Source: Giardia intestinalis
Taxonomy: Eukaryota
Strand: one strand, 5' to 3'
NCBI GenBank assembly: GCA_000002435.2
Contig: CM018791.1
Length of the DNA: 64,000 bases
Part shown: positions 12,101 to 21,519 of the stretch, in pieces
How positions within the stretch are numbered: position 1 is the stretch's first letter
How the letters are laid out: each line of letters starts with the position of its first letter
The notes under the pieces: model-generated
The model's input: the letters and a program-made list of their open reading frames with translations, nothing else
The model's database searches: none
Told to the model about the DNA's origin: nothing
Program-made: the position numbers and the translations under genes

Positions 12101-13694
12101 CATTCAGCTTGTCTTCGTTCTTGTTCTTATGAGCGTACGATATCCCTAACATAGTCAGCAAGCTTTCATAAGCCTTTTGTGCTTTCACAGCATTGTGAGC
12201 GATGCGCTTGATACTCGCTCGGTTTTCTGCGTATGAGACATCTAGTATCTCTGGTTTCTGTAGGTGCTTAGCAAAGCCCCAGGTGAACGTTCCCTTGATA
12301 TGCACTGCTACGTCAGAGCCCAGAGGCTCACGTTGAATGACTGTGCCACGATGGCCAGAGAGGCTCTTAGCGCTGCCAATGGCTGATCCAGCCGCGAGGT
12401 TGTCAGCCACATCGGGAAGACTCAAGAAAGCATTTATCCTCTTACCACTGATTATGCTAACTATCAAGGAATTAAGTGCAGTCGGGATAAATGAAATGCC
12501 TTCTGCAAGTAAGACAAACACTAGTGATGCAGAATAACCTGCTGCATCTGTGAGAAGCCCATAACTGGCTAAAGCTGCAAATCCAAAGAGCATCATCATA
12601 GGCAGACAGACCTCTCCACAGATGTAAACAAAAGCCTCGTTCATCAATAGCTTCTGTAAATATCGTAGCTCCTTCTTACGTGCATAGCCCAGCCTAACCG
12701 TGTGGATGTCTTCCTGGCCAAAGAACTTTATCACCTTTATGCCTTTAAGAATTTCTGATGCGATTCTTATGCGCGAATCACTGTTCATTAGGTAAAGGGA
12801 AGTGATACGCCCTTGCATGGACGTAATGTAGAAGGATAAGGGCATCGCTATCGCAAAAGCAATCAATCCCATCATTGCTGCCGGATGAGTAAAAAGACTA
12901 AGGTAGATCGCACTATAGATAACAGCAATGAGTAGTTCGACCAAGATAGGAAGCCAGATGATCACTATGAGGGTATTTTGGACGTCAGTAAAGAGAAAAT
13001 TGATGATAGAGCCAGATAGGACGCTGCTCTTTGTTAGCTCTGAAACAGTCAGCAGCTTGGTGAAAAGACGATCTTGCAGCGCCATTTGCGTCTTGAACAG
13101 AATCTTTCGTGCGGTGAGAAACGTAATGCTGGTGAAGAAGGTGTACACTAGGCGCGCCACTACAACAACGAGCACCCAAACAGCTGACTGACGGAACAGG
13201 ACTGAGAGCACAGCCGGCGTCGTTACACCGGAAACACCTTGGTCCAACAATAAGTTGGTGCGGATGGCCCTAACGTTCTCAGGAGAGAGAATGGATACCA
13301 GAAAATTGACCGTGATTGGGGTACAGAGCGACGCTAGCTTATAGATCATCGCTGAGAAGATACACAAAAGAAAGTCTCGCAGGTTCATCTGCAAAGACAG
13401 GCGTATGATGTTAGGGAACTTCTTGCCTTCGTTGCTATGCCGTGCCAGCTTCGCTTCAGCAGAAAGATATTGCGCAATAGATTCCTCTGTGGTCATCCCT
13501 TTTTCTAATGCATAAACGTCACAGTTGTAGAGGGCTCCTTGTTTGCTGGCTGTCCTTATCACAGGATAAAACCATGCTAAGGTGTAGAACATAAAGCGTG
13601 GGTAACGTTCCGCGAGTCTCTCCCCAGCTTCCAGCTTTGTAAACTCCTGTGCATTGTCTGGCGGCGGGGGATAGACGCGGGGTCTTATGCCCAT
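9183..13694 (-). CDS. ABC transporter, ABCC/MRP-like full transporter (TMD-NBD-TMD-NBD)
   Basis: The track start at 13712 is TTG; the first ATG is at 13694 (MGIRPRVY...). There are two nucleotide-binding domains: Walker A GAVGSGKT / GRTGAGKSS, signatures LSGGQKARIALARAV / LSAGQRQLVCVARAL, and Walker B IYLLDDPLSAVD / VVILDEATAQVD. Long hydrophobic membrane domains precede each NBD. Confidence 0.85.
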   Translation of the reverse strand: MGIRPRVYPPPPDNAQEFTKLEAGERLAERYPRFMFYTLAWFYPVIRTASKQGALYNCDVYALEKGMTTEESIAQYLSAEAKLARHSNEGKKFPNIIRLSLQMNLRDFLLCIFSAMIYKLASLCTPITVNFLVSILSPENVRAIRTNLLLDQGVSGVTTPAVLSVLFRQSAVWVLVVVVARLVYTFFTSITFLTARKILFKTQMALQDRLFTKLLTVSELTKSSVLSGSIINFLFTDVQNTLIVIIWLPILVELLIAVIYSAIYLSLFTHPAAMMGLIAFAIAMPLSFYITSMQGRITSLYLMNSDSRIRIASEILKGIKVIKFFGQEDIHTVRLGYARKKELRYLQKLLMNEAFVYICGEVCLPMMMLFGFAALASYGLLTDAAGYSASLVFVLLAEGISFIPTALNSLIVSIISGKRINAFLSLPDVADNLAAGSAIGSAKSLSGHRGTVIQREPLGSDVAVHIKGTFTWGFAKHLQKPEILDVSYAENRASIKRIAHNAVKAQKAYESLLTMLGISYAHKNKNEDKLNETLSLLGSEAKESLLCSFTPQQIVDLMHRPTHQGETADHFALQLRIALPSKIEIPANIIEGDYLSTNDESLVNKLKRIYVQLATTYKFIDPETLRKYEVQKAIDSSPVLDGVDFSVRKGELVGIFGAVGSGKTALHMALLGELTSTDKISHGGTVAYYSQVPCVMSGTIISNIIFHKPLDEQKLAKVISLCCLDKDLAVLPSGINTEVGERGTSLSGGQKARIALARAVYADSDIYLLDDPLSAVDAHVARRLWENCILGYLIRQKQKTVLISSHQTQFFGSCDRVYEIQDKKPVERRKDDLLKRNIISVPSKLSLAASSQNDICTEASSVDPPTNTDEANKTKNIVDEQHSGKGALSKELYISWIKYGGIGKFVLCLVLYIITQLIQQFMNVFIDSWSTNRYGMPSHFYPLLYTAALVLLIGMIIVMRYLTINFSISATTKAHKSMANAILHTRMSFFETNPMGRILNRLSSDVRECDRDVYDTMTPLCELLISVSVSSLTSMIFAWPTIFAFLPVGIIFILLLRRYRMITPQVKRLSNMVTSPVITLVEEVSSNLPLVRASGMQADIQNIHRKNLSRKYAVEWMMYCCNRWASFNYSCISVLLSLALSIGVIIIAAYGDVARYVGVVLLNGFEVIELLNSVLIYSILFERSFASFERVHEYSKLSPEEADAPAQDVEGSRARPSEGEYVQISRMSFRHRKELPCTLINVNLAFRKGERIGIVGRTGAGKSSLVAALFRLAEPERAETDSPPSRQYDKPLISIDGYPIDRLPLKDARSFLTIIPQDPFVFEGTLRSSLCPYSHMLAEKIPVGEIPKTVRRHTDMELWSALEKVCLRDFFESQLEGLEAPITSCGDNLSAGQRQLVCVARALLRNAPVVILDEATAQVDRENDAIIQSTIRTALADRVVIAIAHRINTIIDFDRIIVMDAGEVKEFDTPRALLSNPESLFSKLVAECEDAEELAGIARARSE

Positions 13695-13729
13695 TTTTAA
13701 TTCTAAGAGCAAAAATCAATCCGGTACGC
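13695..13729. promoter_or_regulatory. 35-bp A/T-rich divergent intergenic region between the ABC transporter and coiled-coil gene ATGs (candidate bidirectional initiator)
   Basis: The sequence tttttaattctaagagcaaaaatcaatccggtacgc lies between head-to-head ATGs. Giardia promoters are known to be very short A/T-rich initiator regions. Confidence 0.4.
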
Positions 13730-16700
13730 ATGACCATTTCTGGAACATACCCCGGTGACAAAGGGCTCCTAAGTGCTGATGAGCTAAGTGACATCATAGA
13801 ACACCTTTCTACGGAATACCTTTCCCAACCAGAGAACCTGGTAAAAGTTAAGACGGCCCTCAGAGAATACGAGCGATGCAGAAGACTACTAGAGCAGCAA
13901 CAAAAGGATTTCGCTACAATGATTTTAGATGTCGAGGAAAAAAGCCGGTTGTTGGAGGAAGAAGCGGCTACCATGCGTGAGCGATGTACGCAGGCAGAAC
14001 AGGAGCTCCTGGAGCTCAAGGCGGATGCAGCTCATAACAGTGACCAACTCCAACAAGAACTTCAAATGTACAAGAGCATTGCCGAAATGAATACGAGCAC
14101 ATCTAATAGCGCACTGTCTACGAGATCCCCCGTATCGGCCTCTCTGGTGGCTTCTGCCGCTCACTCACAGCGTATTCAAGAGCTCACTAACAACATCTCC
14201 ACTCTTGGACGTGAGCTGGATGAGCTTTCACAACGAGCCCAGTCGGCCGAGTGTAGAGCACATTCTGCTGCTTCCAGACTCCAGGAAGTAGAAAAAGAAG
14301 CCTTGGAAGCCCTTGAGGCTAGCTCTGAGGCAGTAGTCCGGGCTGCAACTCTGGAGAGTCACAATCATGAACTTAAAGCAACCCTCATGCTCAAAGACTC
14401 TGAGATTGCTAAGAGCATGCAGGCAAACTCATCTGAACTGGACAGGCTGCGCAGTGAAGCAGTGAGTCGCTCAAAAGAACTCGCAGTTCAAGCAGAACGG
14501 ATCCAGACGCTGTCGCTTCAAGTAACAAGCCTCACAAATGAGTTAACAATTGCCACAAAAGGGTCTGCACAGAAGCTAGAGCGCATAGCAGCTCTTGAAA
14601 GCCGGATAAGCTTTATTGCAGCAGAGTTGGATGCCAGGAACCAAAGTGTGGAGTCTTTGACGGCAGAGTTGCACGATTTGACGAACCAATCTTCCTCCCT
14701 ACAGACAGAGCTCAACGATGCACGGAGACATGCGGCAGACGCCGACCTTATGGTCTCTGTTGTGCAGAAGGAGCGCGACACTCTGTCATTCACTCTTTCT
14801 GAAAGGGTTGAGCAGCTTACAATAAAGAGTGCAGAGTGCGCAAAGCTGCGTGAAGAGGTGGATCAATTATACACACAGGTGAAGGAGATAGAAGACAGCC
14901 GCAGCAAAGCAGAGCTTTCTTCGTTAGCAAGCCTCTCTGAACGAGACAAGATTGCAGAAAGGAATGCTCAACTACAGAATGAATACGATATGCTGGCAGA
15001 ACAATACTCTTCCAGTGTCAGAGCCTATGAGCTAGCAAACGAAAAGCTTCGTCTCAAAGAGAGTGACGAGCAAGCCATGCTATCAGTTCTCAAGAAGCGT
15101 AACGACCTCATCAACGCTCTGGATCCCAGAATCACATTTCCGACGGTGCTTGAGATGCGAAGTGCTCCGGAGATAGTACCGCATGAAAATGGTACATACG
15201 TATTCATAGATGTGTATAATTCTGAAATCAAGGATATAAACACTAAATTGGAAAGGCAACATACTCAGATAAAAGCCCTAGAGGCGGAGACCTGTCTCCT
15301 TTCACAGAAGTTGGAGTTCTATCACAGCATCATTGAGAAGGCAGAGACTAGTGTTTCCGATTTTGGATTTGCCATCAGAAATGAGCAGCTGGAATACTCT
15401 GAGCTGCGCAAAGAGTTGCGTTCCATGGTCGAGCGCGTCTCCACCTATGTTATTCAAAAGACTATTGGAGAAGTAGATCCGCCAAAGGTTGCTGCTGGTC
15501 AATCGATACCTACTACCTCATCCGCAGACCTGCAAATAGACAAAGCACTGTCTTCGTCATGGTACGACCTCACCGTAGCGGAGATTAGTAGAGCGGCCGC
15601 CACCAGCACGCCGGCTCCATCTAAGTTGGGGCAACATCACTCTGAATTGACTAATCACGCACATGTGCCGATGGCTAATGGCATGCAACTTACTTATGAT
15701 GTCAATGGCAATGAGTCTATTTCGCGCTCTGTTTCGGCATCTATTTCTCCCCGATCGAAGGACACAGTGCGCCACAGATCTAAGAAGGGACCAAGTCCTC
15801 TTAAGACAATTGCAACACGAGTGCAAGAGGCTAAGCCTCAACATCCCCAGACACTCCATTTGGAAAACACTTTTCTAAGGGCAAAACTGCGCGAAGTAAG
15901 TGAGTCCTGTATGCAGGTATTCACCCAATTGATGTCTAACCCGAGCTCCTTGTATACAAATGAACAGATTGCTAAGATGAAGGAGCAGGTTTTGAGGATA
16001 AGCGGTTCAGCGATGGACCACACAGATGGATCGTCGGATAACGGTGTCTTCACTAGTCCACAACTGGGGACCATTTTTGCTGAAGCTGTGGAGAGTGCAG
16101 AAAGATCTCTCGAGCGTCCGTCACTGTTTGATTCCAAAGACTCCCCTTCCTGTCCGGGGGGCCCAATAAACTCCATGGAGATAGTCCGCGCACCCAACAG
16201 CGAGATAGTGAAGGAGTATATAGTAACATTTCCGGCAAAAGAGAGCACAGTGTATCACATTCATTTCGATATTATGAAGAAGCGTGATGCAGAGGCAGTG
16301 CGAGTGATTGCAGATTGTTATACAGAGCTATTCTACACCTGTCAATACCAGAGCTATGCGATTGCAAAGCTTGAGGAGCACATACAGAGAGTCTGCAGCG
16401 AGCTAAAGCACTTCGAAGAAAGCATGAGAATGGCAGAGACTGTGCAGCAACAAGCTAACAGCAAGTTTCTGATAACTGTTTGGGACCTATTACAGACCTA
16501 CCTAAATGAGGACTCGCGGAAAATCGAGATGTTAGACCGACGAGTAGCTGAGATGGAGCAGCATACCGCACAGCTGACATCTGACTGCACAGACAGCGTT
16601 CTTTTGCAGGAGTCTCAGCTGATGCGGTCAGCTATCCTCCTGGCAGTGGATAGAATTGCTCCGTTCATCATGATCGACAAAACGGACATCCAGGACATTC

Positions 16701-16945
16701 AGCATTCCTGGAGTCCAAACGAAAGCCCAGAGATCATGGATAAGATAGCACGCCTGGCCATCACCCTTAAACAGCAAACGGATGAAGTGGAGAGTGTTGA
16801 CCGGGCACTATGCGGAGTTGTGCACGCACTAAGCACCCTTCTATCAGACGAGACAGGAAGCATAACTGATTTCAAACGCATGCTGACTCAGATCAAGAAC
16901 GAGGTGCTGAAGAGTCATTCCAGGATCTCCAGAAGGACTGCATAG
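13730..16945 (+). CDS. long coiled-coil protein
   Basis: The track start at 13649 is GTG; the first ATG is at 13730 (MTISGTYPG...). About 1070 aa dominated by heptad-like E/L/Q/K-rich segments (e.g. LQQELQMYKSIAEMN, ELAVQAERIQTLSLQVTSLTNEL). Confidence 0.5.
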   Translation: MTISGTYPGDKGLLSADELSDIIEHLSTEYLSQPENLVKVKTALREYERCRRLLEQQQKDFATMILDVEEKSRLLEEEAATMRERCTQAEQELLELKADAAHNSDQLQQELQMYKSIAEMNTSTSNSALSTRSPVSASLVASAAHSQRIQELTNNISTLGRELDELSQRAQSAECRAHSAASRLQEVEKEALEALEASSEAVVRAATLESHNHELKATLMLKDSEIAKSMQANSSELDRLRSEAVSRSKELAVQAERIQTLSLQVTSLTNELTIATKGSAQKLERIAALESRISFIAAELDARNQSVESLTAELHDLTNQSSSLQTELNDARRHAADADLMVSVVQKERDTLSFTLSERVEQLTIKSAECAKLREEVDQLYTQVKEIEDSRSKAELSSLASLSERDKIAERNAQLQNEYDMLAEQYSSSVRAYELANEKLRLKESDEQAMLSVLKKRNDLINALDPRITFPTVLEMRSAPEIVPHENGTYVFIDVYNSEIKDINTKLERQHTQIKALEAETCLLSQKLEFYHSIIEKAETSVSDFGFAIRNEQLEYSELRKELRSMVERVSTYVIQKTIGEVDPPKVAAGQSIPTTSSADLQIDKALSSSWYDLTVAEISRAAATSTPAPSKLGQHHSELTNHAHVPMANGMQLTYDVNGNESISRSVSASISPRSKDTVRHRSKKGPSPLKTIATRVQEAKPQHPQTLHLENTFLRAKLREVSESCMQVFTQLMSNPSSLYTNEQIAKMKEQVLRISGSAMDHTDGSSDNGVFTSPQLGTIFAEAVESAERSLERPSLFDSKDSPSCPGGPINSMEIVRAPNSEIVKEYIVTFPAKESTVYHIHFDIMKKRDAEAVRVIADCYTELFYTCQYQSYAIAKLEEHIQRVCSELKHFEESMRMAETVQQQANSKFLITVWDLLQTYLNEDSRKIEMLDRRVAEMEQHTAQLTSDCTDSVLLQESQLMRSAILLAVDRIAPFIMIDKTDIQDIQHSWSPNESPEIMDKIARLAITLKQQTDEVESVDRALCGVVHALSTLLSDETGSITDFKRMLTQIKNEVLKSHSRISRRTA

Positions 16946-18261
16946 GTGAACGTAAGCGCTAAGTTTCTTACTAACTTTCTTGAAAAGGAAGTGTTTGGGA
17001 TGCTTATCGATGTCTCCATCGCATTGTCTGCCTTGAGGAGGCGTACGATAGCCGCATCGACCTTTGCTGGTGACGCAGCCATAACGAAAAAGCGTAGGAA
17101 CACGCGGCGCTGAAGAATGCATACATCTTCTTTTAGATTGATGAACGATAAAAGCTGCTCCTGGACAGAGTAATCGGTAACGTGCTTGAAGACGCTTCCA
17201 CACGCCTCTCCTGTTCTTCTGATGTCAGAGAGGCATTTTGTCGCACATTCACTGTATAGCTCTGCGAACGTGTCCACAAAGGAAGACACCCAGCCCGTCT
17301 GCAGCAACTTTTGAAGCGTTTGAGGATAAAGCGAGCAATTCTCAATGCTTTCCCACATGTCCGGGCTAAAGTCTACGTCGCTATAACTATTTATGTCCCC
17401 GAGTGCTTGCAAAAGTAGTTGTCTCCTGTCCTCCCAAGAGGTGAGCACTGATACCTTGTGAATGAAGTCCGACAATGATAAGGATGATAATAGAAGAGTA
17501 GCGAATGACGGATGTGCCTTTGATGAACTTGTTATGGCAGCTATGCAGACAACATGTGTAGCTAGATAGGAAAAGGGATCATACGTAGGATCCGTGGCGC
17601 GTCGGTTATCAAAGTATCCTGGTTGCAGACGCAGCAACGTATTGCGCAGGCGCTCCCAACTGTCAACTGGTTGTAGCGACGGTGTCTCAGATGATGTCAT
17701 CGGTGCTTTAGTAAGACTTAGTAAAGCTGACGCCCTCTGAATTAACGCCTGCATTCGCAAATTGCTCGGCATATGTCCGGTATGATAGAGGCCGAAGCTT
17801 TCCAGTAAGTAAATATTGTCTGTGCAGGGCGGCGCTTTCTGCTCCTCTGGCGTCATACTCACTACTGCACGAGATACCAGGTCGCGCACAAAGGGTATCC
17901 TGTAGTACAGGATAGACAATCCTGAGCAGACATAAAGAAACTTTATGCTAGGACAGGTGGAGGTAAGAAGCCTAAGGGCCTTCTCGCCAGACTCTCTGAG
18001 GTCTAGCCTCAACAGTTGAGCCGCAAGATACAGAGGCGCATGAAAATCGGCGCATCGAATCACAATGGAAATAAAACTGTCCAAATCATCATTTACCATG
18101 ACTTTCGACTTAATATTTTGGAGTGGCGAGGCTTGCATGAAGTAGAAGTAAGTGCGTGGATCACCCAGGCCGTGTAGATCGATATGCCAAGATACGCCGC
18201 CGGATGGTAGCAGACGATGCATATTCCTCCGGACCATTTCCATTATGATCAAGTATGTCAT
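16915..18261 (-). CDS. hypothetical protein
   Basis: A 448-aa ORF with a verified ATG at 18261. It overlaps the 3' end of the upstream ankyrin gene by ~100 bp, so the true start may be an internal Met (e.g. at 18138). No recognisable motif. Confidence 0.4.
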   Translation of the reverse strand: MTYLIIMEMVRRNMHRLLPSGGVSWHIDLHGLGDPRTYFYFMQASPLQNIKSKVMVNDDLDSFISIVIRCADFHAPLYLAAQLLRLDLRESGEKALRLLTSTCPSIKFLYVCSGLSILYYRIPFVRDLVSRAVVSMTPEEQKAPPCTDNIYLLESFGLYHTGHMPSNLRMQALIQRASALLSLTKAPMTSSETPSLQPVDSWERLRNTLLRLQPGYFDNRRATDPTYDPFSYLATHVVCIAAITSSSKAHPSFATLLLSSLSLSDFIHKVSVLTSWEDRRQLLLQALGDINSYSDVDFSPDMWESIENCSLYPQTLQKLLQTGWVSSFVDTFAELYSECATKCLSDIRRTGEACGSVFKHVTDYSVQEQLLSFINLKEDVCILQRRVFLRFFVMAASPAKVDAAIVRLLKADNAMETSISIPNTSFSRKLVRNLALTFTYAVLLEILE

Positions 18262-19933
18262 ACTCGTCCCCCAAAAGCAGTCCGATTACGCTCAGGTGGC
18301 CTGCAGCTGCAGCATACATCAGAGCTGTATGTCCGCTACTGTCCTGCAAACGTAGTAGGTGTTTCGCTTTCACAACTCCAGCTAGATCCCCTGTGCTGGC
18401 AGCTAGCATCAGGTCAGTAGCTAAAGCTTCCGAGTTGATATCTATCGTAAGGATCTCTTTGGGAGCAGAAGAGGGTGATGATTGATTAAGCGTAGGCGTT
18501 CCACTTCGAGCAATGGGCATCTCTTCCATGCGGGATAGGCTATGAGCGCGCTTCTGCTTTGGTGACTCATTTCTCCCTCTTTTGGCAGTACTCTGGATTG
18601 CAAGATCAGACTGCATAGAGGTAACCTCCTCTTCACTCGATGTCTTGAACAAGAATGAGCGCCTATGAGTCCCATCTGCAGAGGAGCGTCGAGTGGACCG
18701 GGGAGCCACGTCCCGAGGCACCTCCTTGTACAGTAAGGAGGAGACCGTCTTGGACAGCGCAGGGTAGTCTGGATGACTAATGTGGAAGCCTACAACGTAA
18801 TTACTTGTTAAATCCATGTGCATGTAAGATACAATAAAGCTGGTCAGGTTCAAACAAAACTGGTTCCAGGCACCTTCTTTAAATGAGGCACTAGGGACTA
18901 AATTAGATCCCAGCTCTTCCATTACCTTCGGAAAGTTATACTTGAGAGGAAGCAAGCGCAGCATAAAGCAGGAGTTGCCGAAGTAGGCGATGTTGCAGGG
19001 GTGAATAAGTGCCGACAGGTCCAAGAGTCTGACAAAGCGAGTTTCAAATACAGCCTTACCTATTGACAGCAGCGTTATAAACAGAGAAGTAAGTTCAAAG
19101 TCTGTGAATTTCGCCTGTTGTGCCTTTAGTTCATGAAGCTTGCTCATCAGAGATGGAATGTTTGGCATTGCCTTTGGAAGCAAAATGACACGATTGCGCT
19201 CTTCAAGATACACAAGCCTGGCATAAGGGGAGACGTTTGGATGGTAAAAGGCCTTGATAGCAACAAGCAGTGACCGGACGTTGTCGGGCTGGAGTTCAGA
19301 TGTGGAGTAGGTTAACGAGGAAGTGGAGAAGAAAAGCTCTGCATTAGTGCATAGCTGTAGTGATCTGAGAATGTACGATTGATTAAGGCTGGGCACTCTG
19401 GCCGTACATGCGGCGTTCTGACTGGAGCCAACGGGCGAAGAAGCCGGAAGGACGCCAACCGGCCGCTGGATAGCGTCAAGTATTATTTCTGTGCTCGGAG
19501 ACCTGGCGTGTTGCGACTGTGAAGAATTGTATCCAGATTGCTCAAACTTTTCGATCAGAAGTGAGGAATTAGGGGATGACATCGTGCTGCTTGAAGGCAT
19601 CCCACTTCGAAATGGAGGGCTCTTGGCCGTGGGGGACGGGATTTGAACGCGCAAGGAGGTCTCCAGTGATGCTTCCTGCTCATCCAGAAGGGCGAGAATC
19701 TCTGGATCATCGCATAGTTCGCGCACACCGTTGCCCTCATGGTCACGGATGTCTGCTTCGTATGGGAGGAGTTGGAAAATGGCTTCCTTAAATGCGGTGA
19801 TTATGGCATAGAGTAGAGCTGTACGGCCCAGTTTATCTCTATTTGTTACCCATAAGTCCAGGCTTTCTTTGAGTTTAGAGCTGTCCCGCTTAAGTACCAG
19901 CAGAATCAAAGGTGATGCAGGCCGCCCTATCAT
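18161..19933 (-). CDS. ankyrin-repeat protein with degenerate kinase-like central region (NEK/21.1-like)
   Basis: The track start at 19963 is TTG; the first ATG is at 19933 with an A/T-rich leader. There are ankyrin motifs (GRTALLYAI, GHTALMYAAAAGH). The middle region YHPNVSPYARLVYLEE is reminiscent of a kinase subdomain but lacks clear catalytic motifs. Confidence 0.5.
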   Translation of the reverse strand: MIGRPASPLILLVLKRDSSKLKESLDLWVTNRDKLGRTALLYAIITAFKEAIFQLLPYEADIRDHEGNGVRELCDDPEILALLDEQEASLETSLRVQIPSPTAKSPPFRSGMPSSSTMSSPNSSLLIEKFEQSGYNSSQSQHARSPSTEIILDAIQRPVGVLPASSPVGSSQNAACTARVPSLNQSYILRSLQLCTNAELFFSTSSLTYSTSELQPDNVRSLLVAIKAFYHPNVSPYARLVYLEERNRVILLPKAMPNIPSLMSKLHELKAQQAKFTDFELTSLFITLLSIGKAVFETRFVRLLDLSALIHPCNIAYFGNSCFMLRLLPLKYNFPKVMEELGSNLVPSASFKEGAWNQFCLNLTSFIVSYMHMDLTSNYVVGFHISHPDYPALSKTVSSLLYKEVPRDVAPRSTRRSSADGTHRRSFLFKTSSEEEVTSMQSDLAIQSTAKRGRNESPKQKRAHSLSRMEEMPIARSGTPTLNQSSPSSAPKEILTIDINSEALATDLMLAASTGDLAGVVKAKHLLRLQDSSGHTALMYAAAAGHLSVIGLLLGDEYDILDHNGNGPEEYASSATIRRRILAYRSTRPG

Positions 19934-20268
19934 TTCAAATTTTAAACACAAGCCCTCTGGCAAAGGGCTGCATGATCCGATGCACGACGCATGTGGTAAC
20001 AGTTAACTAGTGGGTAATCTGTACCTCTGCTCTTTTCTTTACAGATCATATGTTCCGTTTCAACGAAGAGATAGATGACCAGGTACAGGAAATAGAACTA
20101 CGGCATGAGTTTCCAATAACCCAGAAGGATCTGCCGTAGATCCAGAAGCATGAAAATAGCGTGTTTTAACTAATTAAATCCAATGGGCAACTGTCTCAAT
20201 GTCGTTTTATGCTCACAATTCTCAATCAAAAAACATAGAAGCGCTGCGAGTGTATCAAGCGCTGTGAA

Positions 20269-21390
20269 ATGGGCAACATTTGCAGTAGCATGGAGGAAGA
20301 GTACTACACAGAGCTCAGGAAGGGAGTGGGAAATGACCTCGTTAAGGAACTGCAGTATGACTTTGCTTCTGTCAACTTTCTTGAAACCTTCTATCCTCAG
20401 ATGGTCGCACAGGACTTTTGGTCCATCGTTAGGCAACGTTCAAAGTGCAAGGAAGGTGACAAAGACGCGCGAGTTTCATATAGTAGCTTGCGTCGATACT
20501 TGCGCAAAACCTACAACATGGTCACAGACACTGACGTGGACACCCTCTACCGGATAGTACTGCCCAATGTGCGGAGATCCCGTGCTGCAATTGAGGATTT
20601 GAAATCCGAGAAAGTGGACATTTTGACCTTTATGCGGATCTCCTACTTGTTCTACAGATTTTACGACATCCTCCACGATCCGCAGATATGGATATTTTAT
20701 TGGGCAGATACATTTTATACAGGATACGCATCTCTAATGACTGTGCAGGCTCTCACAGCCTTTACGTATCAACTCGACAAGAAGGATATGCGGTACCTAT
20801 TCCGCGTGATACAAAACTCGGCTGGATGGATGGGGATTGACCAGTGGCCGATCCTATCCGAAGGTCTTGAATCTCTTGAAAAAGTGTCTAGAAGTACTCA
20901 GGTCTATGCAAATCAGGAAAAACGAGCAGTTGTCTTCAAACGGAACAGAGAAAAGGCCATGGCAGATAAGAATTCGCTTGAGAAGGAGGTAGAGCGGGCT
21001 ACAGAAGTTCAGAACGAGGGCGCAGCCACAGATTCCATACCAGAGCAGCAAGGGAATACCGCATTCTTTTCACGGAAAAACCTAGATATACTGAACAAGC
21101 GGGCTCTTCTCCTAGCCCAGGGTGTCAATGAAATAGATGTAATGCGTCTTTTAAAGATGAGCACGAGCCAGACTAGTGCCCATTCCCCCAACGTCCCAGC
21201 CCCACCAGCCATGGCTTCGCACGGAGATATGTGGGGGTCATCAAAAGATAGTAAGGTGCCCAGTACGCATGAGAAACTAGCTGGGGCACCAGAGAGTGAA
21301 GCGGACAAGGCTGTGGTAGAAGCTGAAGTCGTGGGCGTTGCCCGGTTGGTACTCACCCCAATTAGGGAAGATGCGTCATCAGAAACCTAA
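20269..21390 (+). CDS. hypothetical protein with N-terminal MGNICSS (candidate N-myristoylation/palmitoylation) motif
   Basis: Verified ATG. The N-terminus M-G-x-x-C-S fits the G2/S6 myristoylation consensus with an adjacent Cys. The C-terminus is Ser/Pro/Ala-rich. Confidence 0.45.
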   Translation: MGNICSSMEEEYYTELRKGVGNDLVKELQYDFASVNFLETFYPQMVAQDFWSIVRQRSKCKEGDKDARVSYSSLRRYLRKTYNMVTDTDVDTLYRIVLPNVRRSRAAIEDLKSEKVDILTFMRISYLFYRFYDILHDPQIWIFYWADTFYTGYASLMTVQALTAFTYQLDKKDMRYLFRVIQNSAGWMGIDQWPILSEGLESLEKVSRSTQVYANQEKRAVVFKRNREKAMADKNSLEKEVERATEVQNEGAATDSIPEQQGNTAFFSRKNLDILNKRALLLAQGVNEIDVMRLLKMSTSQTSAHSPNVPAPPAMASHGDMWGSSKDSKVPSTHEKLAGAPESEADKAVVEAEVVGVARLVLTPIREDASSET

Positions 21391-21519
21391 GGTCAGATAG
21401 CCCTATTAAAGATTTCCACGTCTACAAGCGTAGACATTAGACTTGAGTTAGTAATGTTAGTAATGTTCATACGACTACAGACGTAGCCCTAGAGAGAAAA
21501 ATAAAAAGGCGGAGTACAC

